33,419 nucleotides of DNA from Sphaeroforma arctica JP610 (lineage: Eukaryota): positions 33,687 through 67,105 of the forward strand of contig NW_014040057.1 in assembly GCF_001186125.1 (NCBI RefSeq), written 5' to 3'. Below, piece after piece: positions 11,434-23,400 of the stretch. The notes under the pieces are model-generated. The model saw only the letters and a program-made list of their open reading frames with translations, ran no database searches and had not been told where the DNA came from. The position numbers and the translations under genes are program-made. Every line of letters starts with the position of its first letter. The stretch's first letter is position 1.

Positions 11434-14400
11434 CTACGCTACCACAGGGGTGGCTTCACAGCACTCGGCCTGGCATTCTATACAGGGAGAGGCCGCCACA
11501 CCCGCTTTCTGTTGAGTGTCCGCACCGCATCCATACATACTGCAGGTCGTCTGTGGCTGTGCCTGTGCCTGTGCCTCACAGCACTCGTTCTGACAATCAG
11601 CACAATATACCATTTCATAATCGGCCCTCAGTGTAGTGCCTGCGGTACAAGCGTGGGATCCACACATGGGCTGCGCATCACAACACTCCGACTGGCAGTC
11701 GCTCACACATACGGCCTCCTTGTAGCCTGCCTTCATAGTAGAGCCAGCTGTACACTGATGACCCTTACACTGTGGTTGACAGCACGTGGAGAGACAGTTG
11801 TCCGCATCTGTACACGGAACTGCCTCGACATTGGCGGCCTTGACCGTGTTCGCAGGGCACTGAGTCACGCTGATGCATGTGTAGCCACAGCACGACTGTG
11901 CACAGTTACCCAGATCGCACTCCTTTAGGCTGTCGGCGGTGTTGGACATGCCCGCCGGACACAGATCATCAAGCATGCCACTACCACACGTCAGTGTGTT
12001 GCAGCAGGTGCCTTCACAGTCACCACCCGCACACTCCACACCCGACTCCAGCATGCCCATGGCGTAACCATTCACCTTGTTCGGTTCGGTACCGGTGTCA
12101 CACGTGTGATCGTCACACACGTACGCACAACAGATACTATCACACGATCCGGGTTCAACACCACAGACCGTCTCTGCGGGTCTGACATTGCGCATGGGCG
12201 GACTAGTCAGCGTACAATCGTGCGCTCCACACGTAGGTATCAGTGAACAGCACGTTGCCTGGCAGTTGGCTTCGTCTCCATTCTCACACATAGTGGGCAC
12301 AGTTCCGTCGATAAACAAGTTCTGATAGGCAGGATCTGCACACACCACTCCGGCACACATGGCGATTGGTTTGCAGCATGCTTCGCAATTGCCTTGGGGA
12401 CACACGCCATCAGCGCCCATCGCGGCCATCGTACCTTCGGGACAGCCCTCGGGCATCCCCAGGCCACACGTGTAAGAGGCACAGCAAGAGGTACAATCAT
12501 CTCCCACACAGGCGGCTGCAGGGTCGGGGTTGAGCACATCATCGGGGTTCGCACACGTGTGTTCCGAACACATCTTCGACTGCTGGCAACACGAGGTCAC
12601 ACAGTTCTCGTACCCGCCCGCACAGATGGTCGCGTCAGGCATCTTCACGTCGTTCTCTCCACACGTCGCAAAGGCGCAGGTAGCCACAAGGCAACAGTCG
12701 TCTTCACAGTTATCGGTGGTACATAGCTTGGCCGTATCCGAAATGACGTTCGCGTTGGGATCACTACACGCAGACACAGACGCACAGGTGGCAGAACAAC
12801 AGCTCGCGCAGTCGCCGCCAACACACACCTCTCCTTCAGCCGCATCGTTGGCGTAACCAGGCAACGCACACGCTTGTCCTGCGCATGGAATAGTGGCGCA
12901 GCACACGGCCTGGCAGTCCGCGCCCTCACAGGGTGTGGCTGGATCAACGGCTATCACCGCGTTAGGGTCCACGCACACACCACCCAGTGACGCGCATGTG
13001 GGTGTGCAGCACTTGCCGCAATCTCCATCGGGACAGATGGTATCCGGCGCCATCATATTCGCGTAGCCAAGGATACCCTCGCACGTGACGCCATCGCACG
13101 ACGGTGCACAGCAGGTGGCAGCACACTCACCCTGTGGGCATACAGTGTTGTGATCTTGAACCTGGTAGTCGGTTCCTTCGGCGCACGCTTCCATACCACA
13201 CGTTTTGATAGCGCAGCAACTGGCCTCGCAGCCACCCTCGACATCAGGCTTGCATTGGATCGTCAAGTCCGGGTTTCTCATGGCCAGAGGATCGGCACAC
13301 GCAGTGTGGTACTCGCACGTTGGCGAGCAGCACGTGGCGGTACAGTTACCTCCCTCACATGGTGTGGCGTCCACAATCGTCTTGATGTGCGTGGGTGGAC
13401 ACGTGGCAGCATCACACGTGGGCGTGGTGCAGCACGTGACCGCACAACCAGCGTCGCCACAGAGCGTCTCGTCCACAACGGCGTTCACCTCATTCACCCC
13501 ACACTCGTACGAGGCACAGGTGAGACCACAGCACTGGCCACAGTCACCGTCGGGACAGGGTGCCTCCCCTGGTAGGACAGCTGCCATGCCTGCCGCGGTA
13601 TCGCACGGCGCAGACGCACAGGAGATTGAGCAGCAATCAGTGCATGAGCCATAAGGACAGATGGTCTCCGGAGCGGCGGTAGCTACATATCCCACACCGC
13701 ATGCTTCGTTCTCACAAGACTTGGTAGCACAACAGTTCTTCTCGCAGCCACCATCCGCCGCGGTGTTGCACACGGTATCATTCAAGTTTCGCATCGCCAG
13801 AGGCTCGGCGCAGGTATGGGTGCCACAGGTGCCCAAGTACGAGCAGCATGTTTCAGTACAGTCGCCACCGGCACAGACAGTCTCCTCAGCGGCGAGGTTC
13901 TCATAGTCAGCCGGGCACTCGTGGAAGGCGCACGTGCGTTCTTCACAGCACGCGGTCGCACAGTCATCACCACACGCCGTGGTATCCGGCACGAGCGGGT
14001 TTCTGACAGAGTTGGGCAGCTCAGCCGTCGTACACGTGGTTGAAGCACACGTAGGCGTGCAGCATGAGGTACAGTTGCCCATAGGACACGCCGTCTCGGG
14101 CGCCATCGCTGCCACATAGCCGTCGGGGCACGTGTGTGCACCGCACGTGAGGCCCTCGCAACATGTTTCCAGACACCCATTCTCGCCACATACCGTGTCG
14201 GCAGGCATATCATTGCGTACCGCGTTAGAATCCTCGAGTGTACAGTTGGCGGTCGCACACGTCGCGGCACAGCACGCCTCGCAGTTACCTTGAGGACAGG
14301 GCGCGTCTAATGACTGTGCCAGTACGTAACCTGCTACACATGGCGCCTCGGCGCAAGTCATGTAGTAGCAGCACGACTTCTCGCAACCACCTTCGGCATC

Positions 14401-17400
14401 CGACGCACAGACCTGGCTGCTGTTCGTGTTCACCATAGCAAGATCGCTGGCACACTGGTAAGCACCGCACGTACCCTTGTGGCCACAGCATGTCTCCGTA
14501 CAGTTCCCTCCGACGCATACAGTCTCTGCGGGGAAGTCGTTCTCGTAGTTAGCGGGACAGACGAATCCGCCGCAAGTAAGGGTCTCGCAACAGGTACTGC
14601 TGCAGCCTTCCTCCCCACAAACGGTGGTAGAGGGCACGTCCGCTCGGCTGACCGAATTAGGCGTCTCAGCTGTAGTACAGTTCTCGGAGGCGCATGTAGC
14701 CGCGCAACATGCTGAGCAATCACCTTGAGGACATGGTGTGGCAGCGTCTTGCGATTGGATGTAACCATCGCCACAGGGGAGCTCTGCATCGCACGTTTTG
14801 TTGAAACAACACGTCGACTCACAGCCACCCTCCACCTTCGGCTGACACTCCTGCGATTTGTCCGGGTTGACCATGGCCAGATCACTGGCACACGTGTGGT
14901 TGCCGCACACTAGAGGCGCACAGCAGGTCTCCTGGCACCCTCCTCCGACACACTCCGTCTCGCCGGGCATTGAATTGATGGTGTTCTCGCCGCACATGAA
15001 CTCGAAGCACGTGGCCGTCTCGCAACACGTGGCTCTGCAATCGTCACCGGCGCAGAATGTTTCGTCCTTATTGACAATCGCGGCAATGTCCACTTGGTTG
15101 GGGAAATCCGAGGTGGTACAGGTGATCACCGCGCACGTGGGTGCACAGCATACCGTACAGTCGCCCTTGGGACAATCCGTGGTAGGCTCTTGTACCAAAC
15201 CGTATCCGGGCCCGGCCAGAGCTTCGCAAGGTTGGTCCGAACACGTGACATTGCGGCAACACGTGGCCTCGCATCCAATCTCGCCACATAGCTCAGTAGG
15301 TACATTCTCCATCGCATTCGGATTGTTACAGCTGTAGTCACCGCAAGTCGGGTCTCTGCAGCAGATATCCGCGCAGTCGCCGCCACAGACAGTGTCCAGC
15401 GGTACGGCATTGTCGCGGTGTTCGCACACCATCGACTCACACGTGGGTATGCAGCATGAGGTACAGTTACCGTTGGGACATACCACCCCGAGGGTACCGT
15501 TGTTAATGTTGGCATAGCCGGCAGCACATACTTCTGCGTCACACACAGGCGTCTCACAGCAGGTGGCTTCACAGTTCTCGACACCACCACATGCGGTGGT
15601 CTCGGGCACAAAGAGCACAGCCGGGGCGGTGCACTCGTATGCGCCGCACACAACATCACAGCATGCACTACAGTCTCCATAGGGGCACGTTGTGTCGTTC
15701 GTCTGCACCAGCACGAAAGGTGCCGCGCAGGATGTATCCGAGCACGTCATATTGTAACAGCACGCGGACTCGCAGCCACCCTCGGCATCCGACTGGCACA
15801 CTCTGGTCAGGTCTTCCGGCATCATGGCCTCGGGATTGGCGCACGTGTGCGTGTTGCACGTCGGCCTGCAGCATTCCGTGCAGTCTCCATTGGGACAAGG
15901 AGTGCCTGGCGTAGCGGACGCGACGTTCAAATACCCGGCTAGACACTCGACCGCATCGCACACAGGCATGGTGCAGCATAGATCGTCGCACGTGCCGGTC
16001 TCGCCGCCACACACGGTGGTGTTGAGGCCCGACTTGACGGTGGGTGCGGGGCAAGCATGTGCTTCACAGGTAGCCGAGCAACAGTCCGAGCAGTCGCCCT
16101 GGGGACAGATGTCTTCTCCAGTCAGAACGAGCACCTGAGGTGCTGTGCACGGACGTTGGTCGCAGGTAACCATGCGACAACAGCTCTCGTCACAGCCCGC
16201 CGCAGTACCATCGGCACACATGGTGTTGCTGTTGGGGTTCACAAAGGCCAATTCATCACAAGTGTGCGAGGCACAGGTAGATACGCAGCACGATGCGACA
16301 CAGTCCAAGTCCTCGCATTCCTGCTCAGCGGTGCCGTTGTTGGCGTAGCCAGCGGGACACTCCACATCCTCGCACGTTGGCACAACACAGCACGTCTGCG
16401 AACAACTCGCGCCGCACAGAGTGTCGAGCGAGAGGTCATTGTTGAACTCCGAGTCTTCGTCACTGCGCGAACAGTTGTGAGACGCACACGTGGCCTGGCA
16501 ACACTGTGAACAGTCACCCTGGGGACATACCAGCTCGTCTGCACCCTGCAGCTTCACAAAGCCAACTGGACACTCAGTAACCGCCGCACAGGTAACTTCC
16601 GAGCAACAGTTGGTTTCACAATCGCCGTCCGTACAAGCTATAGTGTTGTCTGGCGACTTGTAGTCCATTTCGTTGGTACAGTTATGCGAAGCGCACGTGG
16701 GCTGGCAGCACTCTGAACAGTCGCCTTCGGGGCAGTTAGCGCCGGCTTCGACGTGCACAAAGTTCACGGGACAAGACAGAATCTCGTCACACTCTTGGAT
16801 CTCGCAACAGATACGGTCGCAATCGTCTCCGCAGATGGTGGCGTTAGTCGCATTGAGCGTCGCATCGGGATGCAGACAGTCGTGTAGCTCACATGTGGCC
16901 ACGCAGCATTCTGAACAGATACCCTCGGGACAAGGTGTCATAGCTGGGTTGGCGTTCACGGAGCCGGCACCACACACATACTCGTCGCACATGGGCGTGT
17001 CACAGCACGACTCGTCACAGCCATCGGGCCCGCAGAGAGTGGCGTCGGTGACACCATCAGGGTATACGGCAAACACATCTGAGCAGTTGTGGCTGGCGCA
17101 GGTCTTGCCGAAGCAGTCGCCACAGTCAGCGGTGGCACACAACTCAGCGCCATCCTTGATAAGCGCAGATCCAGCGGGTAAGGGGTACATGTTGCAGGTA
17201 ACATTACTGCAACACGAGACCTCGCAATCGCCCGCACACAGCGCGCTATTTTCGTTGCGGAACGCCAGCGGCTCGGCGCATGTGTGTGTCGCGCACGTGG
17301 GTGCACAGCAAGCGCTGCAGTCTCCCTGGGGACACGAAGTGGTGAGGTTCTGCACCAGCACGTACCCGGCCACAGGCAACGCTGCACAGTCTTTATCGGC

Positions 17401-20400
17401 ACACGTGTAGTTGGCACAGCACGACAGCTCGCAGCCGCCGTCACTGTCTGGCAAGCATGGGGTAGACTGATCGGGGTGGACCACCGCATCCTCCGAGGCA
17501 CATGTGTGGTCAGAGCATCTCTTGACTGAGCAACAAGTCGTGGTACAGTCGCCTCCGACACATACAGTCTCGTCTGGCATGCTGTTGTGGTAGCCGTCGG
17601 CACACACGATACCGGCACAGGTGGCCTCCTGGCAACAGGTGGCCACACAATCACCGTCAACACACGTGGTGTTGCCGTCCACGGGGACCGCGTTGGGATT
17701 CGCGCACGTGTATGAAGCACACGTGTGTGCACAGCACGCTGAGCAATCTCCGCCAGGACACGTTGTATTGGCATCCTGCTGCGGCACGTAGTTGTCTGCG
17801 CAGGGGATATCCGCACACGTGACATTGGCGCAACACGTTTCCTCGCAACTCGCACCACACGCCAGAGTCTGGTCCTCCACCTTGAAGGCGAGCTCGTTGT
17901 GACAGCTGTGGTCGGCACAGGTGGGGTCTCTGCAGCACATCTCAGCACATTCGGCACCACAGATTGTGTCGAGCGGCACAGTCTCGTCGGTGTGGGGGCA
18001 CTCCATAGCCGCGCACGTACGCGTGCAGCACGAAGTACAGTTGCCGTTTGGACACTCCGTTCCGGCCGTACCGTTATTGATCTTGGCGAAACCGGTATCA
18101 CACACCTCAGCATCGCACACGGGCATGCTACAGCACGTGGTCTGGCAGTTCTCGGCGCCGCCGCAGGGGAAGTCTGTGGGCATGGACGGTATACTCGGGG
18201 CAGCACACTCGTGTATGCCACAGGAGACATCGCAGCACGCAGAGCAGTCGCCCTGGGGACAGAAGGTATCGTTGGTCTGGATGAGTACCAGGCCACCGGT
18301 GCAGGGCTTGTCGGCACACGTTGCATTGTAGCAACACGCCGACTCACAGCCACCGTCTTCGTCCGCTTGACACAGCGTAGTAAGATCCGTGACAACCATT
18401 GCGTCCTCGCTGGCACACGTGTGTGTGTTGCACGTTGGCAGGCAGCACATGGAGCAGTCGCCATCTGGACAATCGTCCGCGGCGGTGCCGTTGTTATAGT
18501 AGAACTCGTCGCACGTGTGGTCCTCACACGTCTTGTCTCTGCAGCACACGTCTCCACAATTGTCGCCACAGGGCGTCTCGGGCGGTAGGTCGTTGGACAT
18601 GTGAGTACAGTTGTGAGAGGCACACGTGTTCATGCAGCAATTCGCGCAGTCGCCGTTGGGACACTCGTAACCAGGCTCGCCAGCGTTAATGTTCATCTGG
18701 CCAACAGCGCACTCGACAACATCACACACGGGCATGCTGCAGCATGTCGCAGCGCACCCATCCGCACCGCACACAGTGGTATCGTTCGCGGTTGTGAGCG
18801 TGGGGGCCTCGCACGAGTGTACCCCGCACGTTTCGGCGCAGCAGTCCGTGCAAACTCCTTGCGGGCAAACCTCGTCGTCAGCCAACACCTGGACAATGGG
18901 CGCGACACACTTGCCGGCGCACGTGACCATGGCGCAGCAGCTCGTTTCACAGCCCTCCGCGGTGCCACCGGTACACATCGTGCTGTTGTTGGGATTGACA
19001 TAGGCCAGCTCGCTTGCGCATGTGTGTGATGCACACGTGGGTACACAACACGAGGCCACGCAGTCCAGATCGTCGCAGTCGTTGTCCGAGGTGCCGTTGT
19101 TAGCGAAACCGGCGGGGCATTGCACATCCTCGCACGTGGGCACGACGCAGCACGTCTGGGAACAACTCGCACCACACAGAGTATCCTGGGACACATCGTT
19201 GTTGCTTGTAGAGTCTTCGTCCGAGTGGGTACAGTTGTGTGACGCACACGTTGCTTGGCAACACATGCTGCAGTCGCCTTGAGGACATTGCATCTCATCG
19301 GCACCCTGAAGCTTGATGTGACCAGCTGGGCACTCCTCCGCAGCCGCACAGGTGATCACAGAGCAGCAGAAATCGTCACAGTCGTTATCCATGCCATTGC
19401 ATATGGTCGCATTGTCCGGCTTCTTGTACGCCATAGGATCGGTACAGTTGTATGCAGCACACGAGGGCTGGCAGCATTCTGTGCAGTCACCTTCGGGGCA
19501 AGTGGCGCCGGCTTCAAGGTGCACGTAGTTGACGGGACAGGAGAGCACCTCGTCGCACTCCTTGATGTCGCAACAGATTAGATCGCAGTCATCCCCACAC
19601 ACGGTGGCGTTCGTGCCATTGCGCTGGGCATCGGGGTGCAGGCACACGTGTGACTCGCACGTGGCCACGCAACAAGCGGTACAGTTGCCTTCGGGACAGG
19701 GCTCGAGGGCTGCGAAGTTGTTGACGTATCCCGGCTGGCAGACGGTACTGTCGCACGTGGGCATGTCACAGCATGTTTCATCACACCCATCCGCGCCGCA
19801 GAGAGTCTCATCCGTGACACCATCGGGGTACACGGCGAAGACATCCGAGCAGCTGTGGCTGGCGCAGGTCGGGCCAAAGCAGTTGTCGCACACAGGCGGG
19901 TTGCACATGTCAGCGCCGTCCACGACAAGCGCAAATCCAGCGGGTACGGGGTACATGCTGCACGTGACATTCGAGCAACAGCTAGTCTCGCACGAGTCAC
20001 CGCACACCGTGCCGTTGTCGTTGCGGAAGGCAAGCGGCTCGGCACACTCGTGCGAGACACAGGTGGCAGCGCAGCAGGTCTCCTCACACTCTCCACCGGG
20101 GCAGGTGACGCCAGGCGTGGCTTCCTTGAGGTAGCCGGCCGCGCACACGTAGTCGTCGCATGTGACGATGCCGCAACAGTGCGTCTGGCAACCCTCCGGT
20201 CCACACACTTCGGTCGCATTGGCGACGGCCGTGGCGTTCTCGCGCGTGTCTGAGCAGACGATAGTCGCGCACGTGGCCTCGCAACATGCGCCACAGTCGC
20301 CTTGAGGACACACGGTCGAAAGATCCTCCAGAGCCATGTAGTTGTCGGGACACGTGACCATCTCGCACGTCACAGTCTCGCAACAAGCCTCGTCGCACCC

Positions 20401-23400
20401 TTCGGTATGCGGGCACGCCGTAGCTACGTTCGCGGGGTTGTTGTACGCCAGAGGATCGGTACAGTTGTGCACATCGCAGGTCGTGAGTGAGCAGCAGATC
20501 TCCTCACAGCTGTCGCCACAGATGGTCGACAGGTTGGCGGACATAACAGCACCTTCGACGGGGCACGCAGTGACTGTCTCGCAAGTGGGCACGCAGCACG
20601 CGCTGCAATCGCCTTGTGGGCAGTACGCGTCGGCGTCCTGGATAACGTATCCGGCTTCACAGTTCTCCGCGTGCATTTTGCACGTGACGGCGAAGCAGCA
20701 GGCCTCCTCGCACTCGCCATTGGGACATACAGTGGCGTTTCCAGGGGCTTTGTACGCTTCGGGGATTGCGCATGTGTGCGTCGCGCACGTGACAATCTCG
20801 CAACAGACCTCGTCACAGTCATCACCACATACTTGCGTAGTGTCGTTAGTGTAGATCGCGCCGGCAACGGAGCACTCGTGTAGTGCACAGGTGGCTGCAC
20901 AGCAACCGCTGCAGTCGCCTTGCGGGCACACAACCTCTCCGGTTTCGGCAAAGCCTTGAGGGCAACCGTCCGCAGGACAGATGACCACCTCGCAACACGT
21001 CTCATCACACCCCTCGGGCAGACACTCTGTAGCGTTCTTTGCGGGGTCAATGTACGCCCCGGCATCGGTACAGGCGTGGGCTGCACACGTGGTGATGGAG
21101 CAGCACACCTCGTCACAGTTGTTTCCGCACACCAGACTCGAATCGTCGGTCACAAATGCATTCTCGGACGAACACTTCTCGATAGACGCGCATGTGGCCA
21201 CACAACACTTCGAGCAGTCACCTCCGGGACATGCGGTGGTTCCGTCTGTGCCATTGACAGGTACGTACCCCACTAAATCGGTGCAGGCATTCTCACAGAA
21301 GACATCCTGGCAGCACGTGGCCTCGCAACCCTCCGGTGGGCAGAAGGTTGTGTTGCTGGTGCTTTGCAGTGCATCGTGGTTGGCGCATTGCACATGCTCT
21401 GCACACGAGGTACGGTCGCAGCAGGTCTCTTCGCAGCCCAGCTCACCACAGAGTGTGGTGTCGTTGGCAACCATGTGGGCTCCTTCCACAGTGCACGTGT
21501 AGCCCTCGCACGTGTCCTCGCAACAGGCCGTACAGTCGCCCTGGGGGCACACCTGCGTTCCGTTGACAACGGTCGCGCCAGCCTCACACTCGTGCGCGGC
21601 GCAGGTGATGGTGAGACAGCATGTCACTTCACAGCCATTAGCATCACAAGAGTCGGTGGTGGGTAGCTTGTATGCATCCGGGTCTGCGCACGTGTGGTCG
21701 GCACACGTGAGTATGTCGCAGCACATTTCCTCACAATCATCACCACACACAGTGGTACTGTTGTCCGTCTTGACGGCGCCTTCCACCTTGCATGTGTGTG
21801 CTGCACAGGTGATGCTTTCGTCGGTAGCAACAACAACTTCCGCCTCACAGCATATCGCTTCACATGCTCCATAGTCACACGTGGTGTCGGCCGCGCCCTC
21901 GATGAGCGCGAACCCTTCGGCACACGTGTGCGAAGTGCATTTGATGAGTGAGCAGCACGTCTCCTCACAGCCGCTGTCTCCGCAAAGCGTCGTCTGGTCC
22001 GAGACCGACTGCGCACCTTCGACGGTACACGTGTGCGTTACGCACGTGGCGTCGCAGCACGCGGAGCAGTCGCCCTTGGGACAAACCGTCTCAGAGGTGG
22101 TGTTCAGTCCAATCACGTAGCCTTCGGGACACTCGATGGCGCTGCACGTGACCGTCATGCAGCATTCTGCGGCACAAGCCGCACCGACACACACCGTAGC
22201 GTCCGAGCCGGTCTTGAGTGAATCATCGGTGCACGTGTGGTCTCCACAGGTACTGACCGAGCAGCAGATGCTGTCACAGTTAGCTCCACAGACTTCATCA
22301 GTGCTTGCGGTGATCTCAGCTCCATCGGACTTGCATGTGTGTGAGCCGCATGTGGCTTCGCAACACTGGTCGCAATCGCCGTCCGGACAGGGGGCATCCG
22401 CGCCAATAGTATTGACAAAGCCCTGTGCGCACGTGTAAGCGGTGCACACGGGTGTCTCGCTCTCGCTGTCGCCCTCGGGTAAGAGGGGTGACTGTCCCTC
22501 ATCACTCATGCGGCAACACACATCAATGCAGTCACCCAGAACTCCGCAGGACGTTCCCAGAGGCTCGGCCATGTACATGTCTTCGCCACATTCCAAATCG
22601 GCCGAGCACACCTTGGCGGTGCAACACGCGACATCGCAGTCCGAATTACAAAGCTTGTCGGCTGCAGCTGAGTTCTCCAAACTTGGCTCTGAGCACCTGT
22701 GTGTGCCACAGGTAGCCGGCTCACAGCATGCGGTTTGGCAGTCGTTGTCTGCGCAAGCAGACCCATCTGTGACGGACAGCACAGTGCCTGCATCGCATGT
22801 GACGCTGGCGTCACAGACCATCGCGCTGCAACAGGTGGCGTCACAATCCTCTCCACAGGCGACCGTAGGATCGAACATATAGTATGGGTTTGTGGTCGAG
22901 TTGTCCGCACACTCGTGGGCCACACACATCTTCTCGCAACACGTATCGTCACAGTTGGTTGAAGGGTCACACTCGGTTTCGTTGCCGGCGATCTTGCCGG
23001 CAGTGGCGATGATGCACTCGTGCACCTCGCAATTCATGGTGGCGCAACAAGCAGCCTCACAGTCACCATCTGAGCCACAAGTTTGGATATCACCTTCAAA
23101 CAGGGGAAGGCGGTAACCACCCTCCGGACATGTGAAAGTCTCACATGTGCGCTCACTGCAGCACAGATTCTCACAGTCGTCCTTACAAATGATTGTATCA
23201 TTCGCGTTGTTGTACAGAGGAAGCTCACACACTTGGTTGCCACATTTGCGGAACGAGCAACATGAGACTTCACAATCTCCGGTCTGGCATGTAGTGTTGC
23301 TGTCCAGCAGATTCTCATACTTAGGATCGATACAGGCGTAATCTTCACATGTGGCTGCCCCACAGCAGGTGGTTTCACAGTCACCATCCACGCATTCTAT

